A stretch of 54,809 nucleotides of DNA, from NCBI GenBank assembly GCA_019358935.1, contig JAHHIK010000056.1, positions 1 through 54,809 of the forward strand. The letters are read 5' to 3'. Below the pieces are notes generated by a model. That model made no database searches, was not told where the DNA came from, and saw nothing but the letters and a program-made list of their open reading frames with translations. The position numbers were made by a program, and so were the translations under genes. Of this stretch, positions 30,101-40,053 are shown piece by piece (the first letter of the stretch is position 1; every line of letters begins with the position of its first letter). The stretch is from Tolypothrix carrinoi HA7290-LM1 (GTDB taxonomy: Bacteria > Cyanobacteriota > Cyanobacteriia > Cyanobacteriales > Nostocaceae).

Positions 30101-31062
30101 TAAAAAATAGCGAAGGTAGAATTTACCGATTGGTGGGAACAGTCTTTGATATCACCGAGCGCAAACTAGCAGAAACTCAGTTAAAGCAACAAGCAGAAGA
30201 TTTAGAAAAAACTCTCACTGAACTCCAACGCACACAAATGCAACTTATTCAGAGCGAGAAAATGTCTGGTTTAGGTCAACTTGTAGCAGGTGTTGCTCAC
30301 GAAATCAATAACCCTGTCAATTTTATTTACGGCAACCTTACTTATGCTAACGACTACATCGAAGACTTATTAAGATTAGTACAGTTATATGAGCAACATT
30401 ATCCCGATCCGGTTTTGTCAATTCAAGAATTAGCTGAAGATATAGACTTAAATTTCTTGATAGATGACTTACGCAAACTTCTCAAATCAATGAAAGTTGG
30501 TGCAGAGCGCATTCGGGAAATTGTCTTATCTCTACGCACCTTTTCCCGCATGGATGAAGCCGAGATGAAAGAAGTAGATATCCATGAAGGTCTTGATAGC
30601 ACGCTGATGATTTTAGAACATCGCATCAAAGCTAAACCTGACCGTAAAGCTATTGAAGTGATCAAAGAATATGGTAACTTGCCTTTGGTGGAATGTTATG
30701 CGGGACAACTCAACCAAGTATTTATGAATATATTGGCGAATGCGATCGATGCTTTGGAGGAGTCATTAGTAAATGAGTCGGAAAAATTGACAACTCCGCA
30801 GATTCGTATTTGTACGGAACTTATTTCGGGCGATCGCGTCAAAATTAGCATTGCCGATAATGGATTGGGAATATCATCAGCCATAAAACCGCGATTATTT
30901 GACCCTTTCTTTACCACCAAAGCGATTGGTAAAGGCACTGGTATGGGGCTTTCGATTAGCTACCAAATTATCAGCGATCGGCACGGCGGCTCTTTGGAAT
31001 GTATTTCACAGCCAGGAGCCGGTGCTGAGTTCGCGATCGCAATTCCTTTATGCCAACGATAA
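27109..31062 (+). CDS. Cytoplasmic multi-PAS (about 7 PAS/PAC) sensor histidine kinase
   Basis: Repeated PAS/PAC units; H-box AHEINNP; QVFMNILANAIDA, DNGLG, FDPFFTTK and GTGMGL. Confidence 0.96.
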   Translation: MDETLTQGTSGMQKDNNTNESVSQLQVLSNNCPPRQQLNEELEARVEERTAELNRVVVQLKEEVKKRIEIENKLRSSEQFLQLVIDSIPQLIFWKDRNSVYLGCNQKFALIAGVGLPENIIGKTDYDLPWKKEETEWFRECDREACAKHSRRVMESDTPELHIIEPQKTADGKQIWVDTNKIPLRDADGNVVGILGTAEDISERKQTESALRQSEAKLQKLSANVPGMLYQFMLHPDGSFSFPFISSGSYQVYGLTPEEIQADPNRILSLLDLIQREKYEQSITVSAQTLQPWQWEGQIVMPSGQVKWLQAASRPELQADRSIIWDGLVMDVTHIKQTEEALHQAYTELERRVKERTQELVQSNQALQAEIADRQQIEAALMLYKQAVESSSDAIGIADAAGNHIYQNPAFCKLYECQTPQAFIEFGGIKSVIIDPTMAQKIQQTIISGESWIGEVQQKSVSGRMMQTLLRSYPIKDFTGKNIGMVCAITDITERKRALSALREQEQFLRSMYDGVEHVIFLVDVLENNDFCYAGWNIAAENVTGISSAEIAGKTLEYLHGTVKGAKVRQDLTKCLEIKIPISYEEYLTFQGEESWWLTTINPLKDSEGRIYRLVGTTFNISERLAALRERKRAETQLQQQEEFLRTVFDGSENPIFVVDVQEDGEFRHVAYNSAAERATGFSRTEVIGKTPEQLHGAVPGAAVRRNFASCQEAGKSITYEECLTFHGEETWWLTTINPLQDSEGRIYRLVGTTFNISDRKRAEATLIEQEQFLRSVFQGSENPIFVIDVLFDGDFRYAGCNTATERVTGLSSAEVIGKTPEYVHGAIEGAAVRQRYTNCLKAGIPISYEECLTLLDEETFWLTTINPLQDSEGRIYRLVGTTLNISDRKRAEATLLEQEQFLRCVYDGSENSLFVVDVLFDGDFRYAGWNAATERNTGLLSAEIVGKTPEESLGEVQGAQVRQQYLKCLQANAPYTSEECHTFLGKQIWSLATVNPLKNSEGRIYRLVGTVFDITERKLAETQLKQQAEDLEKTLTELQRTQMQLIQSEKMSGLGQLVAGVAHEINNPVNFIYGNLTYANDYIEDLLRLVQLYEQHYPDPVLSIQELAEDIDLNFLIDDLRKLLKSMKVGAERIREIVLSLRTFSRMDEAEMKEVDIHEGLDSTLMILEHRIKAKPDRKAIEVIKEYGNLPLVECYAGQLNQVFMNILANAIDALEESLVNESEKLTTPQIRICTELISGDRVKISIADNGLGISSAIKPRLFDPFFTTKAIGKGTGMGLSISYQIISDRHGGSLECISQPGAGAEFAIAIPLCQR
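28621..30170 (+). repeat. Four tandem 387-bp PAS-coding repeats
   Basis: QE(Q/E)FLR starts at 28621, 29029, 29416 and 29803 (spacings 408, 387, 387). Confidence 0.9.
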
Positions 31063-31262
31063 ATTATTACCATTATCTTGCCAAATTACTTAATCTGAAG
31101 ATAACATTGCGCTAATAACATCAAGCTTTTCTATGAAGTTCCTTAACCGTGGCATAACTTGAAATTCAAAATATCATAGCTAGGAGGTATTAGTTATCAG
31201 TTAATATTTTATCATTTTTAATTATATGAATCTAATGAAATATGACTGCTGAGAGTTGAGTT

Positions 31263-31292
31263 GTAGAGACGTTCGGTGTGGAACGTCTGTAC
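31263..31292. repeat. GTAG REP
   Basis: GTAGAGACGTTCGGTGTGGAACGTCTGTAC. Confidence 0.8.
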
Positions 31293-31550
31293 AAAATAAG
31301 TTTTCTATTGCCTATTATTAAGTCATCCAACCTGACTTCAAAATAACAGCTCGGAAAAATGAGATTTTCATGCGTGCTGAGAAAACGCACTTCACGAGGG
31401 CAACTTGATTATTTATTATCTAAAATTCCTTTCCTTTAATTAATCATTAATTATTTTTATTTGGCAACATTTCTTCAAATGAATTATGATTGGTACATAC
31501 ATGCCGATCCAAACGCTGTATCATTTATACCAACAACTGCCTGAGATATT

Positions 31551-31877
31551 ATGAGTCCTTTAATCAAAGTTTTTCAACCCAGTGGAATTTTAGATGCCAG
31601 TGAATCCCAAGAATTTCGCCAAGAAATTACTGAAATTGCAGACAGCGGTGCGAAAATTGTCTTAGTTGATTTTCAAAATGTGACTTTTATGGATAGTTCC
31701 GGACTGGGGGCTTTAGTGTTAGCCTTCAAAGCTCTACGAGCTGCGGACATTAAACTTGTTATCTGCTCGATTAATGAACAAGTCAGGATATTATTTGAAC
31801 TGACTGGTATGGATAAGGTATTTGAAATATTTCCCAGCCAAGAAGAATTTAATCAGAATGTACTCTCGATAATTTAG
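31551..31877 (+). CDS. STAS-domain anti-sigma factor antagonist
   Basis: VDFQNVTFMDSSGLGAL phospho-Ser motif. Confidence 0.95.
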   Translation: MSPLIKVFQPSGILDASESQEFRQEITEIADSGAKIVLVDFQNVTFMDSSGLGALVLAFKALRAADIKLVICSINEQVRILFELTGMDKVFEIFPSQEEFNQNVLSII

Positions 31878-33014
31878 TTAGTCAAATTTTATCTGGAGGA
31901 TAGATAAATCATCATCAAAAGCCTCTTTGGAGTTTAAATCGGTTAGGTAATTTAGTACCTCGTCGAGTTGCCTTTCACCGGCATGTTCTAACTCGATCAG
32001 CATCTGAATGAAAGCGTCTAAACTCCAAAGTGTTCCATCTGATTTCGTGATTTCGTAAACGCCATCACTAAAGATATAAAGAGTGCTGCACTCTTCAATA
32101 TTGCAAAATCCATCAACGTATTTTGCTTCCGGAAACATTCCAACTGGCATTCCGGGGGTTCTTAATTGTTTGACTTCGGTAACGTTAAGAGATTTGCTCG
32201 ATATTAATATTGCTGGAGGATGACCAGCACTAGAGTAAATTAACTGGCGTTTAATGCGGTTGTAAACTCCATACCAGATTGTGAAATATTTGTCATTTTG
32301 ATAATTCATCTGGAAAGTGTCGTTTAACGCTCTGAGTACCTCACTAGGTTGATAGTAATTGAGACTTTTGAGAGCGCGGGAACGAAGTAAATTCAGCACA
32401 GAAATAGAGGGAAGAGTGGCTTTAAGTCCATGTCCGGCGGTATCAAGTAGATAAATTGCCATATAATCAGGATCGAGCCAGTAGTAATCGAAACAATCGC
32501 CGCCGAGTTGTCGTGAGGGAATAAAGCGAGAATTGATGGTGAGGAGTTCTGACATCGGCTGAGGCAAAAGAGAACGCACATATTCGGCAGCTTCTGCCAT
32601 TTCCGCTTCTAAAAGTAGCTTTTGAGATTGCAAATCTCGACTTAATTGATGCAGACGCAATCCTGCTCTTACTCGCGCTTGCAATTCATTCTGCTCGATG
32701 GGTTTGGTAATAAAATCATCAGCACCTGCATCTAATCCCTTGACGCGATCGGCTACGGAATCTAAAGATGTTAATAAAATAAAGAATGTTGTCGATAAAT
32801 TCGGATCTGTCTTGATGTAATGGCAGACTTCCAGCCCATTTAATCCTGGCATAATCCAATCACAAATAATTAATGCCGGCTGGCAAGCAAGTACTTTTGC
32901 GATTCCTTCAGAACCATTGCTGGCAGCGATTACCTCATAACCCTGTTTTTCCAACATCCTTTTCAGCAGGATTTGTACTGAACGGTCATCATCAATTACT
33001 ACGATTTGAAACAT
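31878..33014 (-). CDS. Response regulator receiver plus PP2C/SpoIIE (RsbU-type) phosphatase
   Basis: VIDDD, CDWIMP, GGDCFD, DTAGHG, FSDGVYE and DDLS. Start set at ATG 33014; the upstream part is STRR. Confidence 0.94.
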   Translation of the reverse strand: MFQIVVIDDDRSVQILLKRMLEKQGYEVIAASNGSEGIAKVLACQPALIICDWIMPGLNGLEVCHYIKTDPNLSTTFFILLTSLDSVADRVKGLDAGADDFITKPIEQNELQARVRAGLRLHQLSRDLQSQKLLLEAEMAEAAEYVRSLLPQPMSELLTINSRFIPSRQLGGDCFDYYWLDPDYMAIYLLDTAGHGLKATLPSISVLNLLRSRALKSLNYYQPSEVLRALNDTFQMNYQNDKYFTIWYGVYNRIKRQLIYSSAGHPPAILISSKSLNVTEVKQLRTPGMPVGMFPEAKYVDGFCNIEECSTLYIFSDGVYEITKSDGTLWSLDAFIQMLIELEHAGERQLDEVLNYLTDLNSKEAFDDDLSILQIKFD

Positions 33015-33219
33015 GGGAAATGACGGGTAAGAATAAATAATAATTTTTGTAAAATAAAATGTGGTAATGGGGAATGGGTAATGGGGAATGGGTAATGGGC
33101 AATGGGGAATGGGTAATGGAGAATGGGTAATAGCTTTTTGCAATTACCGATTACCAATTACCAATTACCAATTCTCAATTACCAATTCCCAATTCCCAAT
33201 TTTTTACAGTCATAAAACA

Positions 33220-33987
33220 TTATGGCGGTGAAAGGGGATTCAGCCACAAGAGCATTGCGCGTTTTAGTTGGTTCAAGTCGCGGTAAACTTCTTGTTTAAA
33301 CCACTGTCCCAAAGCATCAATGGGAGTGAATGATGCTCCAGGTTGCCATTTAACATCTTGACCCAAGGGTGTAACATGGCTTCCAGGCAGGGTTTGTGCT
33401 GTCACCATCTCCGGAAAGCGTTGTTGTAATATTTCCTTTAAAGCTGCTGATTGGTCAAGAGTGTCGTTACTAAATTTTATTAACAAGTTGCGACGGACGT
33501 TATAGCTTTCTTGCACAAGCTTGTTAGTTTCCAACGGTGAAGGAGTGAACTCGATCGCAAAGGTTGTGTTAAATTGTTCGACTAAAGGGATAGCATCCCG
33601 TGCTGCGTAGTTGTTGAAGGATATGAGGATATTACCTGCGCGTTCTACACTCAAGGTACTACCGATGAGTAAGTGGAGTTTACAACCCATGCTGTGTCCC
33701 AATCCGTAGATGGGGAGGTAGCGCTTGCGTAATGCTGAGGAATCGTGTAAACGTTCGATAACGCGATCAAAGTTTAACTGTACAGATTTAGCGATCGCTA
33801 TATGATCCAGCGTGTTGACAAATGGCGTGGCAATGATAACATAGCCTTTTTCCGCCAGCTGTTCTAGTAACCAACGGTAAGTCAGGTGAGGTGCTGTAGC
33901 GACGAATGCACCACCCAGGAAATGGATGATACCGATGGGATTTCGGGGAATTAACACCCAGTTACCTTGAATTTCTTTCCAGTCCAT
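33220..33987 (-). CDS. DUF1350-family alpha/beta hydrolase-like protein
   Basis: HFLGGAFVA..P..TY, GHSMGCKLHLL and SFNN. Confidence 0.88.
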   Translation of the reverse strand: MDWKEIQGNWVLIPRNPIGIIHFLGGAFVATAPHLTYRWLLEQLAEKGYVIIATPFVNTLDHIAIAKSVQLNFDRVIERLHDSSALRKRYLPIYGLGHSMGCKLHLLIGSTLSVERAGNILISFNNYAARDAIPLVEQFNTTFAIEFTPSPLETNKLVQESYNVRRNLLIKFSNDTLDQSAALKEILQQRFPEMVTAQTLPGSHVTPLGQDVKWQPGASFTPIDALGQWFKQEVYRDLNQLKRAMLLWLNPLSPP

Positions 33988-34047
33988 ACCGATGAGCGAT
34001 CGCTCTAATTTAATGTTTCTTTATATTAGACTGTGCGCGGCTGGAGT

Positions 34048-34292
34048 GGGGGAGAGGGGGGGATGGGGAGATGGGGGGAGGGGGAGACAAGGGAGATGGG
34101 GGAGACAAGGGAGACAAGGAAGATGGGGGAGACAAGGAAGACGAAAAGACAAACTCCCCCTTGTCCTCCTTGTCCCCAAGTCGTCCATGCCACTTTGCTC
34201 AACTCCGGGAACCTCCGCACGCAAGTGGCTCCCCTTGTCCCCCTTGTCTCCCTTGTCTCCCTTGTCCCCTTGTCCCCCTTGTCCCCTTGTCC
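34048..34292. repeat. Inverted (GGGAGACAA)/(TTGTCCCC) STRR tracts with an embedded SDR unit
   Basis: Tandem 8-9-mers; GCCACTTTGC...GCAAGTGGC unit at about 34188-34230. Confidence 0.85.
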
Positions 34293-34299
34293 CTTAATC

Positions 34300-35019
34300 T
34301 TATCCCTGACTCTGCAACCTTCTCATTTCAAGCTGCACGTCTAAGGCAATTTCCAATGCTTCATTTAGTAACCTTCCATGTTCAGTAGCTTGTTCGCTAA
34401 CTTGCATTGCTGATAAAGTCGGTAAATTGTTGGCAAATAAATCTGTATTTTTGATAATAAAATTTTTATTCTCTCTTAAAATTCTTTCTGTTTTCAAAGC
34501 GCGAATTAAATCATTTTTTGTTAATTTAAGTGCGTCAAGTACTTTTTCTCTTTCCTTTAAAGTTACTCCAGGATTGCCAGCTTCTTCTATTTGGTCGTTT
34601 ATATCTATTGCTTTAATTACAGCATTATATCTCTCAACATCATTTAAAAGAATTTCCAAAGATGGTGTAATATGTTTTTTGAGGATTTTAATTTGTCTTT
34701 TCCACCAAAAGTATAATAGAGTTTGCGTTATACCACCTCCAATTAAAGTTAATATTATTAACAATATCCATGAAGGAATTGTTACCCATGTTGCAAATAC
34801 CTTAAGCATTACATCCAATATCAGATAGCTAAAAACAAATATAGAAAATCCAATAAATACTACAGTAGCACCTTCAGAACCTTTGATTTTGTCTATAAAT
34901 ATCTGTCCCAATCTTTTGATAGGGTTAACAATTATCCTTAGTTCGTCATTAACAGGTAAATTTGTTAATTTTTGTAGTTGCTTTTGACTAATCTCCAAGC
35001 CCTCTAAATCATCCCTCAC
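34300..35019 (-). CDS. Conserved hypothetical two-TM membrane protein
   Basis: Two hydrophobic helices, then LLNDVERYNAVIKAIDINDQIE...RALKTERILREN. Confidence 0.8.
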   Translation of the reverse strand: MRDDLEGLEISQKQLQKLTNLPVNDELRIIVNPIKRLGQIFIDKIKGSEGATVVFIGFSIFVFSYLILDVMLKVFATWVTIPSWILLIILTLIGGGITQTLLYFWWKRQIKILKKHITPSLEILLNDVERYNAVIKAIDINDQIEEAGNPGVTLKEREKVLDALKLTKNDLIRALKTERILRENKNFIIKNTDLFANNLPTLSAMQVSEQATEHGRLLNEALEIALDVQLEMRRLQSQG

Positions 35020-35463
35020 AGCTTTCCCATCCTTGCGAAAAGAGTTGTTTAGTATTATATAACAATCGTCATTATGTAAAATCCGCTAATTTTGCATTTT
35101 GTCAAGCTTTATCAATAAAAATTATTTTATGTCAATTAGTATACATTCATTTTGTAATAAAATGAAACATGAAATATTCTTGTTTGGACAAACAGCTTAT
35201 CTGATTGAGGAGAGAATGGTAAAAAGTATACGTAACTCGTGTGATGTCATATAGCTTTAAAGGCTGCGCCGTGAAAAAATAGACAAAAATATGAGATTTA
35301 GTTAAATAGACTTACTTTATTGCTGATTTTCTCAGCTTAGAAGCATGACTAGACAAGTCCTCCAGATTAACCCGTTACTATTGTAGCCAGACTTATGAAG
35401 CAAGAGCTAGGCTGTTAGATATTTAATTTACACGTCTGGGTTGATAGAGAAGCTGAGTTAGTA

Positions 35464-36054
35464 CTACTGACGAATTCCTTTAATAAACTCAGTTCTTGCT
35501 TCAAGTATTGAGGGCATTAAAACACAAGTTGCGAATAAATTTACATTTAATTCTGGTAGCAATTCACTACGGTAAATCTGTTCATAATTATCATCGCGGA
35601 GTCGATATAAAAATAACTGATTATTTTCCCAAAACCAAACTTCGGTGATTTGAAAACGTTTGTATTTTTCTAGTTGATCGATGCTGCCACTGGTTATATT
35701 TATTTCAATTCCTAAATCGGGATTTTCTTTCTTTTCTCCTAAATAATAAGATTCATCAGGTTCAAATGAAGCACCTTTTTCTTGAGAACGACGAGTAGCG
35801 CTACCTACAGGGATAAAATTTATACCCATTTCGCTCAAATAGAGTTCTAACAAAAAACCAATAATGGTTTTCAGCATTTCATGTTCTTCACCCAAAGTCA
35901 TAAACTGTATATATCCATCTAAATAAGTTATCCTTAAACTAGGCGATGTCATTAAAGCTTCTATTTTCTCAAATTCTTGCCAAGTATAATAACCAGGTAG
36001 GATAAATTGCTGTTCTTTGAGTGTGGTGACTTTATCTGCGAGTTGTGGAGTCAT
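35464..36054 (-). CDS. Uma2-family (PD-(D/E)xK) endonuclease
   Basis: TWQEF, EPDESY, PDLGIEI and KYKRFQITEVWFW. Confidence 0.92.
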   Translation of the reverse strand: MTPQLADKVTTLKEQQFILPGYYTWQEFEKIEALMTSPSLRITYLDGYIQFMTLGEEHEMLKTIIGFLLELYLSEMGINFIPVGSATRRSQEKGASFEPDESYYLGEKKENPDLGIEINITSGSIDQLEKYKRFQITEVWFWENNQLFLYRLRDDNYEQIYRSELLPELNVNLFATCVLMPSILEARTEFIKGIRQ

Positions 36055-36060
36055 AGCGAT

Positions 36061-36078
36061 GCCTGCGGCGGTAAACTA
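36061..36078. repeat. 18-nt insertion splitting a HIP1 site at the Uma2 start region
   Basis: GCGAT|GCCTGCGGCGGTAAACTA|CGC. Confidence 0.6.
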
Positions 36079-36206
36079 CGCACTTTTTTTGCTACTGTTT
36101 TTATTGTGCCTGATAAAGCAACTCATTTATAGTTTCTGCTGCATCTACAGCTTTGACGTTATTAAAGCGATCGCCTAAAATAGCGAATAGCGCAACTTCA
36201 GATGAA

Positions 36207-36725
36207 CTACCTCTTAATCAGGGTGAATAAAGAATAGCCACCGACAGCAAAAATAAAAACGGAAGCGGCAGAAAAGATTACTACATCCCTTAAAATAAAT
36301 AAAATCCAATCTTTTCTTAGTTCCTGTTTAGACTTGAGTTCCCGCAGCTTTCGCTCAAGCACTACATCTTCTTGTGACTGGGAGTTTGCAATACTACGGC
36401 TGTCATATATATCTTTGATGATATTTTCTGTAGTGCGTTTGTCTTCCCAAGTGCCAAATTTTTCTATCAATGTTTCCAGAGAATGTATTTTTGGTGATGC
36501 TTCAGAAGGCATTATTATTTCATTTGCAATCAACTGATCTGCTTCAGCAATCCCTAATTTATTAGTTTGCTCTTTAGCTATCACCATGACTTGCATTAAG
36601 GTTATAGCCTGACGCAGAACATCGCTTTTACTTCCGCCAATCTTATTCGCTAGTTCTTCTAATATCTCGTTAAGTTCAGGTGACAAATCTAAGTTTAAGC
36701 GAACCATATCTTCAGCTTCATTCAT
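36207..36725 (-). CDS. CopG/ribbon-helix-helix protein with C-terminal TM helix
   Basis: VRLNLDLSPEL..ILEELA..IGGSKSDVLRQAI RHH pattern; hydrophobic C-terminus. Confidence 0.75.
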   Translation of the reverse strand: MNEAEDMVRLNLDLSPELNEILEELANKIGGSKSDVLRQAITLMQVMVIAKEQTNKLGIAEADQLIANEIIMPSEASPKIHSLETLIEKFGTWEDKRTTENIIKDIYDSRSIANSQSQEDVVLERKLRELKSKQELRKDWILFILRDVVIFSAASVFIFAVGGYSLFTLIKR

Positions 36726-36840
36726 GGTTCCATCTTTATCTAAAATATTAAATACATTATAGTTGGCGATCGCGGCAATATTTAGGGCGATCGCGCTTCG
36801 TTAAATCATGCAATTTATGTGCCTAACGACGCGCATTCGC

Positions 36841-36985
36841 GGCTATACGAACAAAACCTGCCTTGCGCTAAGGCGCACGCTTCGCGAACGCAGGTTTCAA
36901 AAATTGAAGTCCGCGTTCGGCTTTGCCGTTGCCGCTAGGCTAGGCGGACTTTGTTTGTATAGCCCCAGACTTCCAGTCTGAGGGG
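36841..36985. repeat. Double-hairpin dispersed repeat with nested SDRs
   Basis: Terminal inverted repeat GGCTATACGAACAAA...TTTGTTTGTATAGCC with short GC-rich inserts in both loops. Confidence 0.7.
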
Positions 36986-37138
36986 CGAAGCCGAAATTTG
37001 TTTGTGTAGCCGGGAATTGTGTTCGCTTTTTTGCTTTAACAGTTTTATACAGTATTTTTAAATCTAAAAAATAAAGTGGACATTGCTTGAAAAAGTAGTC
37101 AATATCCACCACCATACTTTATGTAAAGTAGTTAAACT

Positions 37139-37534
37139 CTATCGCTTAAGAAGCTTTGGATTGCGCCAGTCAATTTTTTGACCAGGGGTAAATAGGGTTC
37201 TAGCACTTTCTCGATGTATTTCCTGACAAGCATCTTTAAGTACGAGTAAAATAGCAGCTAATAAGCCACCTGATTGCCCCCAAGTTTTACCATGAATATG
37301 GAATATCCAATCAAGTAAATCATCATAATTATTGCATTGCTCAAGGTCAATTTAATAAAAATTTTTTCCATTTTCTTCTATTTGAATAGTAAGATTGCTT
37401 TTTTTAAATTAGACACGAAAATCATCATTTACAACTCCATTTTTAAGTCTTTCACACCTCTCTAATTCAACTTTTTCACGCAATTCATCAAATGTATAAA
37501 GCTTGGATACGCCTGTATCATTCGTGCGCTTCAT
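37139..37534 (-). pseudogene. 132-codon hypothetical gene with two in-frame TAA stops (absent from the ORF track)
   Basis: MKRTND...DDFRV*FKKSNL...KNFY*IDLEQCNNYDDLLDWIFHIHGKTWG...PKLLKR* in one frame; stops at 37409-37411 and 37352-37354. Confidence 0.65.
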
Positions 37535-37631
37535 ATACTGTACCTAAATTGTTTATAGTCACTAAATTTTACACCTAAGTTGCTGAAAAATTTACCCCCA
37601 CCTAGTAATATCCAAGCAGGGGTAATATCTC

Positions 37632-39857
37632 TTAATGCACTAACTCAATTCCCCGCTTCGCTAAAGCTTGCGCTGTCAATCCATTAAACGCCATCAACTC
37701 ACCAGCACTCGCTGTGGTTTCCCCACGCTTCCACGCGAAAGTATCGCGCTTGCAAGTACTTCTTAACATTATTGGTTCCAGCATCGCACTCGCACCACCA
37801 GTAACACCAATCAACGCATCACCTGCAAATAATTCCGCAAATTGTTCATCATCCAAAAAGCCACCATCAGGTTCAGAACAAGTATCCCAAGCTGTATCAT
37901 CAGGACGATACAAACGACGGGGATTAATAACAGAAATTATCTTCACACCAAGACCTTCAGTTTCTAAGAAAGCAGCAGCTTCAAATACTGGCATTAATGT
38001 CATATCACCAATTACAGCAAAGACAACTTTCTTACTTCCACCTTGATTAGATTCAACTTCATGCAACAACACCGCACCATCGCATAACCCTTTCTGAGTT
38101 TGTTCAAAGGTGGTTCTAATTGGCAAAGGTGACTTACTCGCAGTAATCACAATTCCCTTATTTTTGGTTTTCAATGCCCAGTCATAACAAACTTGGATAC
38201 TGTTAGCATCGGGTGGAAAAACTGGGAATACATTACCATTTCGCATCATCGAAGCAAAGTAAGCTTCAATTTCCGGACGTTGGTGAGTCCATCCGTTGCG
38301 TCCTTGCTCTAAAGCACCTGCTGTATATAAAGTAATTGTTGAGGGAGTAGGACGGCGCAATTCTGCCATTGCTTGAGTTACTGTTTGGAAAATTGGTAAT
38401 CCGTTGATGGCAAAAGATTCATAAGAACACCACAAAGTTCTCGCACCCATCAACGATAAACCAACTGCTAAACCTGCACAAGCATCTTCACTTAAAGGTT
38501 CATAAACTTGTCCGTTTGGTGCTTGGTTGTATAAGTCATCTGTTGTCGGGTGGATAATCTTTAATGCTTGATTTATGTTGGCAATTCCTGATGCTTCATT
38601 TCCATCAGCGTTGGTGACGAGGAAATTTTTATCTTTCTGTCCAACTATTCCTACTAATCTTCCCATCGATGTTGTGGAAATTTTTGATTCGCCACCTACA
38701 GCATATTCTTCTAAAGGCAATTCGCCTAATTCTGGCAATTGTAATTCAAATTCTGTGACAACTGTTTTCGCAGCAGGTCCACCACCAGCGCGTTCAGCAT
38801 TTGTTCGCACTAATTGCCAAGCTTCTGCTGATAATGCACGCCCTTGCAATGCACTTATAATATGAGGAGCGTCTAGCGTATCTTTAGGATATAAATTGTG
38901 TGATTTTGCTCCTCTGGCGTGAACTCCTGCACCTTTCAATTGTTTAATAATAAACACAGTAAGTTTACCGCCAAGTGCAGATTTAGCAGCTTTATCTATA
39001 CCAGTTAATACGGCTTTGGTAAAAGCTAATCTTTGTTCAAACGAAAAGGCGGTACTATCAACATAATCGCCTGTTTGATTTTGGTCGTCAAAGTCTTTGG
39101 CATCGACTAATACAACTTCGGCAAAACCGTTACCTTGCCAGTATGCGATCATCTGTTCGTTGGTTTTCAGGGAAACCATGCTATGATGCTCCTGGCTGTA
39201 ACCGTTCCATACCAACACTGGCAAGAAGTTGGTGACGCTGGGAAAAGCTGTATTGAAGTGTCCCATCGAACTGATGATGTAGGGTTCACCTAATCCACCA
39301 TCCCCAACAGTGAAGGGAAACAGTTTATCTTGATGCAGCTTTGCAGCTGACATGGCAAAGTGTTGCCCTTGTCCCAAAGGTCCTGCGGGTGCGAGAATAC
39401 CGGGAATGTAGCCGGAAAGGTGTCCTAAAAGTCCGTGCTTTTCGCGGAAGCGATCGCGCAATTCCTGCACCGTATATATCCCCATGTCCTCTAACGAGCG
39501 ATCCAAGAACATCGCACTATAAAATCCAGGGGCGTGGTGTCCCACTTCCGTGATAATGTTCTTATGACCCAGCATGACCAACGCTGCATAAGCTTCCGCT
39601 TGCGAAGCAAATCCACCTGGGTGTCCAGAAGCTTTAGAACCAGTAATTTGTAACGTTAAATAACGTAAGGCATCAGCTGCAAGCAAAGTTTGATATACTG
39701 CCGCTGCATCTTCAGGATTGGCGATCGCTACTTTACCAGACTCTACAGCAGGTGTTCCCCCATAAGTTTCAAAATCTGGCAACGCTTCCCCAAAATATTG
39801 AATTCCCTCGCAAAAATCTGGAGACGCTGAAGTTGCCTTTGGTGTTGTTGCAGTCAT
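37632..39857 (-). CDS. Phosphoketolase / transketolase-like TPP enzyme
   Basis: SGHPGG, GPLGQG, GDGG TPP motif, SYESF and NGWTHQRP. Confidence 0.88.
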   Translation of the reverse strand: MTATTPKATSASPDFCEGIQYFGEALPDFETYGGTPAVESGKVAIANPEDAAAVYQTLLAADALRYLTLQITGSKASGHPGGFASQAEAYAALVMLGHKNIITEVGHHAPGFYSAMFLDRSLEDMGIYTVQELRDRFREKHGLLGHLSGYIPGILAPAGPLGQGQHFAMSAAKLHQDKLFPFTVGDGGLGEPYIISSMGHFNTAFPSVTNFLPVLVWNGYSQEHHSMVSLKTNEQMIAYWQGNGFAEVVLVDAKDFDDQNQTGDYVDSTAFSFEQRLAFTKAVLTGIDKAAKSALGGKLTVFIIKQLKGAGVHARGAKSHNLYPKDTLDAPHIISALQGRALSAEAWQLVRTNAERAGGGPAAKTVVTEFELQLPELGELPLEEYAVGGESKISTTSMGRLVGIVGQKDKNFLVTNADGNEASGIANINQALKIIHPTTDDLYNQAPNGQVYEPLSEDACAGLAVGLSLMGARTLWCSYESFAINGLPIFQTVTQAMAELRRPTPSTITLYTAGALEQGRNGWTHQRPEIEAYFASMMRNGNVFPVFPPDANSIQVCYDWALKTKNKGIVITASKSPLPIRTTFEQTQKGLCDGAVLLHEVESNQGGSKKVVFAVIGDMTLMPVFEAAAFLETEGLGVKIISVINPRRLYRPDDTAWDTCSEPDGGFLDDEQFAELFAGDALIGVTGGASAMLEPIMLRSTCKRDTFAWKRGETTASAGELMAFNGLTAQALAKRGIELVH

Positions 39858-40053
39858 GCTAAGTACCTTATAAATAAAAGGAGATGCTGTAAATGCTCAT
39901 CCAAGTTAACAAGAATTTTACAACTTTCAGGTTGTAAAAATTTATTGCTATTACGCAACATAAAGATAATTAAATTCAATACAACTTCAACAAAATTAAT
40001 TATTTTTAGTTTGTTAAACTGGCAGAACAGAATAAAAGCAGCAAACAAAATAA

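Noticed and set aside
35040..35460. Possible gene remnant or sRNA in an AT-rich gap
   Set aside because: No frame or structure convincing enough to call
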